A stretch of DNA of 64,000 bases, taken from positions 928,001 through 992,000 of the forward strand of contig CAWDVW010000005.1 of assembly GCA_963805855.1 (NCBI GenBank), given 5' to 3'. This DNA is from Candidatus Dadabacteria bacterium (GTDB lineage: Bacteria; Desulfobacterota_D; UBA1144; Nemesobacterales; CSP1-2). A model generated the notes under the pieces. The model made no database searches and was not told the origin of the DNA. It saw only the letters and a program-made list of their open reading frames with translations. A program made the translations under genes and the position numbers. This document shows positions 9,071 to 19,073 of the stretch, piece after piece (position 1 is the first letter of the stretch; each line of letters begins with the position of its first letter).

Positions 9071-9889
9071 ATGGAAACAATTAGTATTCTGGGGTGCGGA
9101 TGGTTGGGACTTCCTCTCGGTGTTTATCTTGTCAAAAAGGGCTACAAGGTTAAAGGCTCAACTACCGAACCTTATAAATTAAAGCAAGTTAAAGAGAAGG
9201 GTATTGAGCCATACCTGATAGTTTTAAATCCTGAAATTCACGGAGCAAATTATGACGAATTCCTTAATTGCGACGTGCTAATAATCGATTTTCCTCCCGA
9301 AAGAAGAGACGACATAATTGATTACCATCAAGACCAAATAAAATCCCTAATCTCAGCTATAAGAAGCGGAACAGTCAAACACGTGATTTTTACAAGCTCG
9401 ACTTCTGTCTATCCAGACGTCAATCGCGAAGTTTATGAAGACCATGAATCAAAGCCGACTAAATCATCTGGGAAAGCCTTATTGAAGGTTGAAAATCTAT
9501 TGCGAGAGTCTCACAAGTTTGAAACAACAATCATAAGGTTTGGGGGATTGATAGGTTATGACCGCATGCCGGGAAAATTCCTAGCCGGCAAGAAGGACCT
9601 GGCTAGCGGTGATGCACCCGTTAATTTGATTCATCGGGACGATTGCATTCAGATTATTTATAAGATTATAACAAACAATATTTGGGGAGAGACATTCAAT
9701 GCCTGTGCTGATTTTCACCCTACAAGAAGGCAGTATTACACTCAACAGGCGGAGTTAATCGGGCTAACTCCACCATCATTTAATGAATCTGGGGCATGCA
9801 ATTACAAAATTGTTAGCAATAAGAAATTGAAGAAACTGTTGAATTACAAATTTAAATATCCTGATCCGGCAAAGATTGTTGAAAACTAA
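9071..9889 (+). CDS. NAD-dependent epimerase/atypical SDR (YeeZ-like)
   Basis: ISILGCGWLG, SSTSVY, RFGGLIG, VNLIHRDD. Confidence 0.85.
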   Translation: METISILGCGWLGLPLGVYLVKKGYKVKGSTTEPYKLKQVKEKGIEPYLIVLNPEIHGANYDEFLNCDVLIIDFPPERRDDIIDYHQDQIKSLISAIRSGTVKHVIFTSSTSVYPDVNREVYEDHESKPTKSSGKALLKVENLLRESHKFETTIIRFGGLIGYDRMPGKFLAGKKDLASGDAPVNLIHRDDCIQIIYKIITNNIWGETFNACADFHPTRRQYYTQQAELIGLTPPSFNESGACNYKIVSNKKLKKLLNYKFKYPDPAKIVEN

Positions 9890-9898
9890 TGTTCATAG

Positions 9899-9952
9899 TG
9901 TAGCGGCGACCTTTAGGTCGCCAAAAATGGAGGACTGAAGTCCTCCGCTACA
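9899..9952. repeat. GTAG-type REP doublet
   Basis: TGTAGCGGCGACCTTTAGGTCGCC-aaaaat-GGAGGACTGAAGTCCTCCGCTACA: two hairpins with inverted TGTAGCGG ends. Confidence 0.8.
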
Positions 9953-10193
9953 ACCCATTTATCAGCGGGACATCAATGTTCCGGCTATCTTGATTAAATT
10001 CGCAAATTAGGATTTACGAGGGTTTCGAAGATCCAACCGACAAGACATATGAACCCCGGACAATCAGTGGAAGAAAGTCTCGTTAATCATTTCCGATTGA
10101 ACATTTACTTTCGATAATCTTATTTGGGAGCGCAGGTTGGAGATCTGTCATTCACCAAACTACGCTCCGGAAAGAATGGCTTACATAGAGTGT

Positions 10194-10535
10194 TTATGCA
10201 CTGAGCCTCACGTTCAATGCTCGAGTGATGACTTCAACAAGTTGCTCCTTCGGAACAGCCCCTATCACCTCTTCTACTGGCTTACCCTCTTTGAATAATA
10301 TCATTGTAGGGATACCCCTTATGCCATAAAAAGAAGCAGACCCGGGGTTATCGTCGACATTAAGCTTTGCGACCTTTAATTGCCCCTCGAATTCCTCCGC
10401 TATCTGCTCTATCACGGGACCCATCGTCCTACACGGCCCACACCAGGCAGCCCAAAAATCTACAAGTACGGGGAGCTTAGCGCCGAGTACCTCCTCATCA
10501 AAATTACTATCCGTCAACTGTATTATCCTGCTCAT
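10194..10535 (-). CDS. trxA: Thioredoxin
   Basis: VDFWAAWCGPC active site, IRGIPT. Confidence 0.95.
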   Translation of the reverse strand: MSRIIQLTDSNFDEEVLGAKLPVLVDFWAAWCGPCRTMGPVIEQIAEEFEGQLKVAKLNVDDNPGSASFYGIRGIPTMILFKEGKPVEEVIGAVPKEQLVEVITRALNVRLSA

Positions 10536-10829
10536 GACAGTAACCTCCTAGTACAAACTTTCCTATTGTCACATATTATGATAAGTTGCCTGATAAAAGG
10601 ATTCAATGTCTAACAAATTTCACTGTATAACATTAATCTTTTAGTTTTTTCATAGAGACACTCAGACAACTGCTCGGAAATTACAACAATTTTAAACACT
10701 CAATGCCGCTAACGGAGAAGACTCAAACACATCTATCGTAATACCGCTTATTCCGGAAGGGTAGCACTAATCCCTTAGAATATTGTTAATCCCTTTAAGT
10801 TTCAATCAAAGGATTGTATATTATTCTAT

Positions 10830-11531
10830 ATGGAATCCCTAAGGTTCGACACGGAAAACCTCCTAAATCTAGATAACTTTTCTGGAATTATTCCGCTATT
10901 TCCACTCCCTAATATAGTCTTTTTCCCAAACTCTCTGCTTCCGCTACACGTATTCGAACCTAGATATAGACAGCTGGTTGAAGACATCATAGATTCGGAG
11001 CGAATAATCGGCATGGTTTTATTAAAACCTGGGTGGCAAAAAAACTACCATGATAACCCTGAGATATTCAGCGTAGGCTGTATGGGAAGAATTATAAATA
11101 TAGAAGTTGAGAAAGACGGGAGATCCAATATTGTCCTGTACGGATTAAAAAGGGTAAGGATAGTCGAAATATTACACGATGCACCATATAGGCTTGCACG
11201 CGTCAACTTAATGGAGGACACCCTCGGGACTAACGAAGAGGGATATCAAAAACGAATAATCGAACTAATATCAAGATGGAATAGTATGTTGGGAAAGGAA
11301 TACAAATCACATAGGATCAATCTCGACTCAAACCTCGCCCTCGGCACCCTCACGGATAGTATTACTCCACAAATCGTCTCAAATGTGTTTCATATGCAAG
11401 AGTTTCTTGAAGAGGCAAATGTCTTAAAAAGAGCGGATATGATTCTCGAGCACCTGGAAGCAAAATTGGAGATAGCTTCGATTACCTCAAAAAAGAGAAA
11501 CTCCATTTTAGAAAAACGACATCTCAATTGA
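10830..11531 (+). CDS. LON peptidase substrate-binding (N-terminal) domain protein
   Basis: IPLFPLPNIVFFP...LPLHVFEPRYRQLV; no ATPase or protease domain. Confidence 0.85.
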   Translation: MESLRFDTENLLNLDNFSGIIPLFPLPNIVFFPNSLLPLHVFEPRYRQLVEDIIDSERIIGMVLLKPGWQKNYHDNPEIFSVGCMGRIINIEVEKDGRSNIVLYGLKRVRIVEILHDAPYRLARVNLMEDTLGTNEEGYQKRIIELISRWNSMLGKEYKSHRINLDSNLALGTLTDSITPQIVSNVFHMQEFLEEANVLKRADMILEHLEAKLEIASITSKKRNSILEKRHLN

Positions 11532-11535
11532 TGAG

Positions 11536-11606
11536 GATGCAAGATGCACGATCCACGATATAAACTTTAGCTTTTTTCACGAATCATTCATCGTGCATCA
11601 TGCATC
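11536..11606. repeat. Inverted heptamer-repeat element between convergent genes
   Basis: GATGCAA-GATGCAC-GATCCAC-GAT ... ATCGTGCATCATGCATC (16 of 17 bp inverted match). Confidence 0.7.
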
Positions 11607-11648
11607 AATTAGGTATCGAATTCCTATCATATGGCCCCAACAAACAAA

Positions 11649-12440
11649 TTAACGTTCAAGTAGGAAGTCCAAAACCACTTTATCCACCTCTTCCTGCCTC
11701 TCTCGCCAAAATCCGTGTCCTACACCACTAAATTCCCTCAATATTGCACCCGGTATCAGTTCGCCGAGTTCCCTCGATTTCCAAGGCGAGGCGATTTGGT
11801 CTCTTTCTCCCAGCAATACCAGCGTAGGACATTTAATCTTATGAAGTAAATCCCTTGTATTGTGTTTTTCACAAGCAAGACTTTGTCCAATATAACCATT
11901 AATGGCTTCCTCGTCCTCTGTTACCAGAGCCAATGATTCTTTTATTGCAACTAAATTCTTTTCAATATATTCTCTTGTATATCCCAAAAATAGGGCCGTG
12001 AGCCAAACGGTTTTCAAACCCACCTTTGTAGCGATTTCCCTTCCGATTCTTAGAATCTCGTTGCCCACATCATCTCGAGAAGGAGAGGTGCATCCCAAAA
12101 CCAATTTATTAACCCTATCAGGGTATTTTATACCTAACCATTGAGCTATCATCCCTCCCATTGACTTTCCAACAAATGAGGCAGAATGAATTCCAAGGGA
12201 ATCGAGTAGCCCCGCGGTATCATCGGCCATATCTTCGGTTGTGTAAGAATCGTCAGGCTTGTCTGACAAACCGGCTCCACGATTGTCGAAGGCTATCACC
12301 TTAAAGTACTTCGAATACAATGGAGCCTGAGTCGCCCAGCTACTGATCTGACTACCAAGACCCCCTATTAAAACCACAGGGGGCCCTTCTCCACGAACTT
12401 CATAATGTATCCTTAACCCGTTTACATTAGCGTACGGCAT
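11649..12440 (-). CDS. Alpha/beta hydrolase
   Basis: FDNRGAG, GKSMGG nucleophile elbow, GERDQI, GVGH. Confidence 0.9.
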   Translation of the reverse strand: MPYANVNGLRIHYEVRGEGPPVVLIGGLGSQISSWATQAPLYSKYFKVIAFDNRGAGLSDKPDDSYTTEDMADDTAGLLDSLGIHSASFVGKSMGGMIAQWLGIKYPDRVNKLVLGCTSPSRDDVGNEILRIGREIATKVGLKTVWLTALFLGYTREYIEKNLVAIKESLALVTEDEEAINGYIGQSLACEKHNTRDLLHKIKCPTLVLLGERDQIASPWKSRELGELIPGAILREFSGVGHGFWRERQEEVDKVVLDFLLER

Positions 12441-12450
12441 TACTATCCCT

Positions 12451-12531
12451 AGCCGCAGAGTACACCGAGATCAAAGAGTTATGAGGTATATTTATATTCT
12501 CTTCTCCGTATACTCTGTGTCCTCCGTGGCT
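12451..12531. repeat. Inverted nonamer-repeat element
   Basis: AGCCGCAGAGTACACCGAGATCAAAGAG ... CTCCGTATACTCTGTGTCCTCCGTGGCT; imperfect inverted arms built of ~9-bp units. Confidence 0.6.
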
Positions 12532-12534
12532 TAA

Positions 12535-12957
12535 TCAACTGCATTTATTTCTTTTCTGCTCCAAATAGTCCTGAAGTATAACAACCGCAGCCATCTTATC
12601 GATAACCCTTTTCCTCTTCTTCCTACTTAAATTGGCTTCTAAAAGTACCTTCTCCGCATCCGCTGTTGAAAAGCTCTCGTCCCAAAGTTCAACATGTAAT
12701 GAAAATGTCCTCTTCAAAATATTAGCAAACTTTAATATCCCCTTACCTCTCTCGCTTATTTCTCCATCAATGTTATAAGGAATACCAATCAAGATCTCAG
12801 ACGGCTTGTACTCATCTATGATTCTCGACAAGGCATCGAGATCATTTTTCATCTCACTTCTTTTTATGGTTGTTAATCCATTGGCAGTAATCCCATGCTC
12901 GTCGCTGACCGCCACACCAATTGTCTTCGTTCCAACATCAAGCGCCAATGTACGCAT
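12535..12957 (-). CDS. ruvX: Putative pre-16S rRNA nuclease / RuvX (YqgF)
   Basis: LALDVGTKTIGVAVSD, WDESFST, IDKMAAVVILQDYL. Confidence 0.95.
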   Translation of the reverse strand: MRTLALDVGTKTIGVAVSDEHGITANGLTTIKRSEMKNDLDALSRIIDEYKPSEILIGIPYNIDGEISERGKGILKFANILKRTFSLHVELWDESFSTADAEKVLLEANLSRKKRKRVIDKMAAVVILQDYLEQKRNKCS

Positions 12958-13144
12958 TCTTAAATCAGAATCCTATATTATTATTGATTATAATTTACAG
13001 TACAACCTGTCGCTTACGCTACCTCCAATGACTAACAATAAGTCCAAATAATAAAAAACTATACGAAAAATAAGCATTCAGGTCGACAAGTCGATCTATT
13101 CTCAAATAAATAAGCTCGTCAGAACCCCAACTTCCTGTGTGTTC

Positions 13145-13768
13145 TTAAAAAGAATAGCCCGACTCTTTTAAGAACCTTAATTCTTCAGGAGTGGAACTAC
13201 GACCGATTATGTTATTCCTATGAGGAAATCTGCCGAATTTTTCGATTACAAGATAATGCTTCTCTGCATACATTTTTGATTTTGAGATAATAGAAGCAAT
13301 AGAAGGCGGCGAAGTAAAGAGCTTCTCCAGCATGGTAAAGCACTCAAGCGAAGTCATTTGTATTTCCAGGTCCTCGGAATGCATTAGAGGCATGTAATAA
13401 AACAAACGTTCTATGGGGTGCAGATTAATATCAAATCCCTTCTCAATTCCATCCAAGCATGCTTTAAGGGCTATGGAATCTCCTTCGAATGCCCTTGGTG
13501 TATTACGATATATATTACGTGAAAATTGATCTATCAGGATTATAAATGCCAAAGAACCCCGTGATATATCCAACCAACCGTTAAGCTTCCCCTCCAGGGC
13601 ACGTTTTAAGTCTAATTCAAACCTGAACTTAATATCTGCATCTATCTCTTTACCGTTGGAGAACCACATTTTAACATGAGTATCTGACGGTGGGTTATCA
13701 ATTTCAAGCCTTCCAAACCAGTAATACAGGATCTCATCCTGACGTTCTATTTGAAAGTCCTTATTCAT
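13145..13768 (-). CDS. DUF924 family protein
   Basis: IILIDQFSRNIYR, FYYMPLMHSED, FGRFPHRN. Confidence 0.9.
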   Translation of the reverse strand: MNKDFQIERQDEILYYWFGRLEIDNPPSDTHVKMWFSNGKEIDADIKFRFELDLKRALEGKLNGWLDISRGSLAFIILIDQFSRNIYRNTPRAFEGDSIALKACLDGIEKGFDINLHPIERLFYYMPLMHSEDLEIQMTSLECFTMLEKLFTSPPSIASIISKSKMYAEKHYLVIEKFGRFPHRNNIIGRSSTPEELRFLKESGYSF

Positions 13769-14145
13769 AAAAATTTATTGAATTGACTGAAATAAATCTT
13801 GGGTTGAAGTAATTTACATAAAATTTTCACATTGTCCATAAAATAAGGACTCTGAGGTAACTATAATTTCCAATCCTGCGAAACTACACTTCTACGAACC
13901 AAGTTGAATTGTGTACCAAACCAAGTGGAAATTTGATCGAAAATTTCCTTCAGAAGTCAATACTTAGAAACAAAGCTCCGGACAACGAATTAATTCATGT
14001 GACTTATAATATATTAAAGTTTTAGTTTAAAATTTGGCTTTTAACCTCTACTACTCTATAATTTTTTCAATTCCGATAGATTTTTTACTCTAATTCACTG
14101 AAGTTATTGAATTTTCTATATGCACCAAAAAAAACTACTTGACAA

Positions 14146-14193
14146 CCACAATATATTGTGTTTGAATCCAATAATCAATACAAGATATATTAG
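14146..14193 (+). promoter_or_regulatory. Tandem NrdR boxes
   Basis: CCACAATATATTGTGT (14146-14161) and a weaker ATACAAGATATATTAG 32 bp downstream, next to TTGACA (14139-14144), upstream of the RNR gene. Confidence 0.8.
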
Positions 14194-14218
14194 CAAAACC
14201 TAAAAGGAGGATCAGTTA

Positions 14219-16666
14219 ATGTCTTCGGATAATTTTGAAGGTACCCAAGGGAGCGGCAAGGAACTTACAGATGAAGCTTTAGATCTAGGAGAGGAAGAAC
14301 CTTCAGGGCCATCCGAAGAAGTTGTTGCTTCAACCCAGGGAACAATGGATATACCCAGTGAGACTATTGCGGCATTCTCTGGAGATGAGCTTCGCGCAAG
14401 GGTGTTTTACGAGAAATATGCACTTCGTGATTCAACCGGAAGAATAGTTGAAAAAACACCAGAAGAAATGTGGAAAAGGGTTGCGCACGAGATTTCATCT
14501 CCAGAGAAAACACAAAAACTCAAGAATGAGTGGGAAGAGAATTTCTACTGGCTCCTTTCCGACTTCAGGTTTATTCCAGGTGGCAGGGTTCTTTTTGGTG
14601 CAGGTCAAAATAGAAGGTCCACCCTGCTAAACTGCTATTTCATGCCCATAAAAAATGACTCTATTGAAAGTATATTTGAATGGTGCAAAGAGGCAGCGAG
14701 AACCTACTCATTTGGCGGGGGTGTGGGTACCGACATATCCGTGCTAAGGCCCAAGGGTGCACCCGTAAATAATTCCGCGATATATTCTACCGGAGCTGTC
14801 TCATTCATGGACCTCCTTTCTACCACCACAGGTACGATCGGACAGGCTGGAAGAAGGGGCGCCTTGATGATAACAATAGATGTCAGCCATCCCGACGTTC
14901 TTGATTTCGTCGATATAAAGAATGATCTATCCAGGTCAAAGGTAAAATATGCAAACATTTCCGTCAAGATTTCGGACGAGTTTATGAATGCCGTAGAGGA
15001 GGATAGGGACTTTGAACTTAAATTCGAAAACGAAAAGGTTAAAGTAAGAAAAAAGATTCGAGCAAGAGCCCTATGGGAAAAGCTGATTAAGTCGGCATGG
15101 TCCTCTGCAGAACCTGGGATAATTTTCTGGGAAGCAGTAAAGAGACATTCTCCAACAGAATACAATAATATGGAAATACACGGAGTAAATCCTTGCAGCG
15201 AACAGGCACTCGAGGATTACGGAAACTGCTGTCTCGGTAATATCAACCTTTCGTCCTTTGTTAGTGATGAATTCACAGATGGCGCCTCCATTGATTGGGA
15301 AAACCTAGAGAAGGCATTCAGATACTCCGTTCGTTTTCTTGACAATATACTCGATTACAACATGGATAAGCACCCACTACGGGCTCAGACAAAAGCATCA
15401 ACCCATTCAAGGAGGATCGGCGTTGGTTTCACGGGCTACGGGGACATGCTTGCAAAATTAAACATCAAGTACGATACACCCGAGGCAGTGGAATTTGCGG
15501 ATAAGATGTTTGATCACATAAAGAATATTGTCTATGAGGCCAGCTCCGATCTTGCAGCGGAGAAGGGATGTTTCCCCGCATTTAATATGGATACCCATTT
15601 ATCCAGACCCTTCTTAAAAACGATCAATGAGAGAGTCATTGAAAGGATTAAGAGACAAGGTCTCAGGAACGCATGCATTCTCACAGTGCCACCAGTTGGA
15701 AGCGGATCAGTCCTCGCAGGGACCACTAGTGGAATAGAACCAATCTTTGCACTTTCGTATTACAGACGATCTAAGTCCCTTTCTAAAGAGGAATTTAAGG
15801 TTTACCATCCCCTCGTGGGCGATTATCTCAAGAAGTTTAATCTAAAGGACGAAAGCGACCTTCCAGCAACTTTCGTAACATCTCATGAGATAGAGCCAGA
15901 AATGAGGGTACGCACCCAGGCCGCGATTCAGAAGCACATTGATTCCTGTATCTCCAGCACAGTGAACCTTCCAATAGATATATCACTCGATGAAGTCGAG
16001 AAGATCTATTTTCTCTCATGGAAGCTTGGATGCAAAGGGATTACTGTGTATAGGGAAGGATCAAGAGAAGGAATTCTTTTAACAGAAAAAGGAGCAAAGG
16101 CGCAGGAGGCGGTCGAATTTAACGAGCCGGAGTCCCGGGAAGAAGGGGTGCATACCCCATCATACCCCATCTCATCCCTTCATCCCACCTCCACCACCAA
16201 GGAAATCACTCCGATAAAACGACCCCTCCTGCTAAAAGGATTTACCGAGGTTATAAAAACAGGATACGGTAATTTATACGTAACTGTCAACACCCATGAA
16301 GGTAGACCCTTCGAGGTCTTTGTTCAGATAGGGAAATCCGGTTACACAACAATGGCCGACGCAGAGGCGATAGGACGCCTCGTATCGCTCTCCCTTCGAT
16401 CAGGAGTAAGTGTAGAAGCGGTGGTTGAACAACTGGATGGAATTGGCGGTGCTTCTCCTGTATATTCGGAAGGAAAGTTAATAATGTCTATACCAGATGC
16501 GATCGGTACTGTTCTGAGAAAACACTTTCTCCAAGATAAAGAGTCAGAAACCAAATCCGCCACCGATATAAATCTAGAGCGGTGTCCCGACTGTGGTAGC
16601 CGGGCTCTGGCTTTTGAGACGGGTTGCATCACATGCAGGAGTTGTGGATTTTCAAAGTGTGATTAG
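14219..16666 (+). CDS. nrdJ: Class II (adenosylcobalamin-dependent) ribonucleotide reductase with C-terminal TSCPD/Zn-ribbon region
   Basis: FIPGGRVL, LLNCY, GVNPCSEQ, CCLGNINL, GCKGITVYREGSR, C-terminal CPDC...CRSCGFSKC; no beta subunit nearby. Confidence 0.93.
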   Translation: MSSDNFEGTQGSGKELTDEALDLGEEEPSGPSEEVVASTQGTMDIPSETIAAFSGDELRARVFYEKYALRDSTGRIVEKTPEEMWKRVAHEISSPEKTQKLKNEWEENFYWLLSDFRFIPGGRVLFGAGQNRRSTLLNCYFMPIKNDSIESIFEWCKEAARTYSFGGGVGTDISVLRPKGAPVNNSAIYSTGAVSFMDLLSTTTGTIGQAGRRGALMITIDVSHPDVLDFVDIKNDLSRSKVKYANISVKISDEFMNAVEEDRDFELKFENEKVKVRKKIRARALWEKLIKSAWSSAEPGIIFWEAVKRHSPTEYNNMEIHGVNPCSEQALEDYGNCCLGNINLSSFVSDEFTDGASIDWENLEKAFRYSVRFLDNILDYNMDKHPLRAQTKASTHSRRIGVGFTGYGDMLAKLNIKYDTPEAVEFADKMFDHIKNIVYEASSDLAAEKGCFPAFNMDTHLSRPFLKTINERVIERIKRQGLRNACILTVPPVGSGSVLAGTTSGIEPIFALSYYRRSKSLSKEEFKVYHPLVGDYLKKFNLKDESDLPATFVTSHEIEPEMRVRTQAAIQKHIDSCISSTVNLPIDISLDEVEKIYFLSWKLGCKGITVYREGSREGILLTEKGAKAQEAVEFNEPESREEGVHTPSYPISSLHPTSTTKEITPIKRPLLLKGFTEVIKTGYGNLYVTVNTHEGRPFEVFVQIGKSGYTTMADAEAIGRLVSLSLRSGVSVEAVVEQLDGIGGASPVYSEGKLIMSIPDAIGTVLRKHFLQDKESETKSATDINLERCPDCGSRALAFETGCITCRSCGFSKCD

Positions 16667-16701
16667 GGGAAGATTGTAGATCCCATTAAATTGCTGCTTC
16701 C

Positions 16702-17892
16702 TCAAGTAAGAAAGCTCCTTAAGATATCGCCTTCGTCAGCAAGACAGAGCTTTTCAAGGGCCCTCTTTTCAATCTGTCTAATTCGCTCCCGCGTAAGATC
16801 AAACATGTTTCCTATCTCATCTAATGTATATGTAGCCTCTTGATCTATTCCGAACCTCAACCTGATAATCTCCTCTTCTCTATCCGTGAGAAGCGTCAGA
16901 GCCTCTCTTATTCTCTTTATAAGAGCCGCTTTTGCTATCGCCGAATCAGGAGCTGGTAACCCCTCATCAGCAACAAAATCCATAAGGGTACTTTTCTCTC
17001 CATCCATTATTGGTGTGTCGAGCCTGGCTGCGTCGCTTGTCGATTCCAGAATTCGCTTCACTCCTTCCACTGAAATGCCAGCTAATTGAGCTATTTCCTG
17101 TGGCAATGGCTTCCTTCCCATTTGTTTATGAAGCATCGAACTGATCCTGTAAACCTTGCTCGCCTGCTCGAGCACATAGACTGGAACTCTGATTGTTCTA
17201 GTCTGATCCAATAGTGCCCTCGAAATAGCTTGATGTATCCACCAGGAAGCGTAGGTGGAAAACTTAAAACCCTTGGTGTGATCAAACCTCTCGACGGCCC
17301 TCATAAGACCCACATTGCCCTCCTGGATTAAATCTGGCAGGGGCAGCCCCCTGACCATATATCTCTTAGCTATACTTACAACGAGCCTCAAATTTGCTTT
17401 GACAAACCTCTCCTTCATTGTCCTAGCCTTATCGGCATATACCCTCATAAAGGCATAGAGACTATCCAGCCTCCTGGGAATCAAATCCTTTCTGCCATTC
17501 TTGTGTCCGTTTCTTTTACGTCTTGATTTTTCAGTTTTGAGCAATCTTTCGATGTTATTTCTCAGTTCCTTGACCCTAGCTTCACATTTTTTTATCTTCG
17601 CTGAAACCTCTATCTCCTGCTTTGATGAAAGAAGTGGTTCTATTGCCATATCTTTAAAATAAACATATAGTAGTCGAAATTGTTCATCGGGAATCCACTC
17701 TTCCTGTTTGCTTTTCTTTATTTCCGTTGATTCTGGTTCTTCGATGTCAAATTCAAACTCCTTTTCATCGACATCCAACATAAAATTATCGAATTCAAGA
17801 GAAGAAAATGAATCATCCTCATTTTCGATAAAGGCATCCAAATTATCTACAACTGTTGCAGCTTGTTCATACTCGGGAAACTTTGTATTCAT
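16702..17892 (-). CDS. Sigma-70 family factor, RpoD/RpoS-like, without an obvious region 1.1
   Basis: [54 protein letters not shown]; start at 17892 or 17919. Confidence 0.9.
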   Translation of the reverse strand: MNTKFPEYEQAATVVDNLDAFIENEDDSFSSLEFDNFMLDVDEKEFEFDIEEPESTEIKKSKQEEWIPDEQFRLLYVYFKDMAIEPLLSSKQEIEVSAKIKKCEARVKELRNNIERLLKTEKSRRKRNGHKNGRKDLIPRRLDSLYAFMRVYADKARTMKERFVKANLRLVVSIAKRYMVRGLPLPDLIQEGNVGLMRAVERFDHTKGFKFSTYASWWIHQAISRALLDQTRTIRVPVYVLEQASKVYRISSMLHKQMGRKPLPQEIAQLAGISVEGVKRILESTSDAARLDTPIMDGEKSTLMDFVADEGLPAPDSAIAKAALIKRIREALTLLTDREEEIIRLRFGIDQEATYTLDEIGNMFDLTRERIRQIEKRALEKLCLADEGDILRSFLT

Positions 17893-18079
17893 CTCTTCAC
17901 CCTTTTTTAGCAATATCATAAAATTATAATTTTTACGCCATAGATAATATATTTCGGTTATTACTAAAATCCGTAGGCGCCCATAGAGGAGCTGGATAGA
18001 TAACTTTTAAAACGTTGCCCTCGTTTCCTAACGTCTCCGCTCAATCACATCCTCAAATGAAATAAATAGCGATTTTTAT

Positions 18080-18108
18080 ATTATAGGGATGTAGAAATAA
18101 TTTGTCAA
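18080..18108 (-). promoter_or_regulatory. Consensus sigma-70 promoter upstream of the sigma factor gene
   Basis: Minus strand TTGACA (18108-18103), 17 bp, TATAAT (18085-18080). Confidence 0.75.
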
Positions 18109-18282
18109 GAACTTTTCTTCGCACATGCAAAAATAATATTTTTGTCATTTTGTGCTTCTGGACTGTAGAAATACTGGTATGAGCTGCTCAATGCTACGCA
18201 TTCGCTAACTGATGGTTCCGGAGCAATCCGACAGGTACTCAGGTAAAAAAAGTGAATAAGACATTAAAAACATTTAAAAAAT

Positions 18283-18924
18283 TCACTCTATCCTTTCCAC
18301 AATCGCTTCCATCCCCTCTGTGCTTTCAAAGGAAATTGCATATTCTCTTGCCTCTTCCCTTGTGTTGAATCTACCAATCCTCACTAAATACCAATCTGTC
18401 CCAAGTGAGTTGACATATGGTAAAATGTAGGGCTCATAGCCCTTTATATTCAATTCATTCAGAGCTCTATTAGCCCTCTCGATCTCTTTGAATGCGCCGA
18501 TCTGAACGGTAAAACCCTCTTTCTTGTCAATACCGAACTCTTGCTCACGTTTGGCATATTCTTGGGAATCATTTTCATTCACTTCGCCTTCGCCTACACC
18601 CTCTGAACCTACCTGCTGCGAATATGTATCGGAAACTGATTGTCCTGTGACAGGAGATGAACTCTGGTGAATAGAGACTTTTTCCTCCTCTATCAAATTC
18701 TCCTCTCCTCCTCTTTGTTCAGCAACCCTATCCGTCAACACGGTGGTCTGCACCTTATCAGCTTCTTTTTGAACACCGACAGTCAAATCCATATCACTTA
18801 GCTTAATTCCAACATACACACCTACGCAGAAAGTTAAAAGAATTATTACTAAGTTCCAGGCCGATCCAGCCCACGATCGCTGCTTACGATCCGTAAATAT
18901 CAACCTTGGCTTTATTTCCTTCAC
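18283..18924 (-). CDS. SPOR domain protein (FtsN/DedD-like)
   Basis: N-terminal TM, disordered linker, FTVQIGAF...WYLVRIGRFNTREEA. Confidence 0.85.
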   Translation of the reverse strand: MKEIKPRLIFTDRKQRSWAGSAWNLVIILLTFCVGVYVGIKLSDMDLTVGVQKEADKVQTTVLTDRVAEQRGGEENLIEEEKVSIHQSSSPVTGQSVSDTYSQQVGSEGVGEGEVNENDSQEYAKREQEFGIDKKEGFTVQIGAFKEIERANRALNELNIKGYEPYILPYVNSLGTDWYLVRIGRFNTREEAREYAISFESTEGMEAIVERIE

Positions 18925-18948
18925 TCTCCACTCACCTGTTTAGTATAA

Positions 18949-19033
18949 TGCCGAAGGGGGGATTTGAACCCCCATGGGCTCTCACCCACTGGATCCTGAA
19001 TCCAGCGCGTCTACCAAATTCCGCCACTTCGGC
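18949..19033 (-). tRNA. tRNA-Leu(CAG)
   Basis: GCCGAAG acceptor stem, anticodon arm CTGGA-TTCAGGA-TCCAG, long variable arm, GGTTCAAATCC T-arm; CCA not encoded. Confidence 0.97.
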
Positions 19034-19073
19034 ATAGGATATATAATACAATAACTGGTTGTCGATGCTAAAA

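Noticed and set aside
13769-14140. Possible cobalamin riboswitch upstream of nrdJ
   Set aside because: The region is AT-rich with no recognisable B12-box; NrdR boxes explain the regulation.
18925-18960. tRNA-Leu 3' end as an integration site
   Set aside because: No duplicated tRNA 3' fragment or integrase was seen, and the flanking genes are housekeeping.
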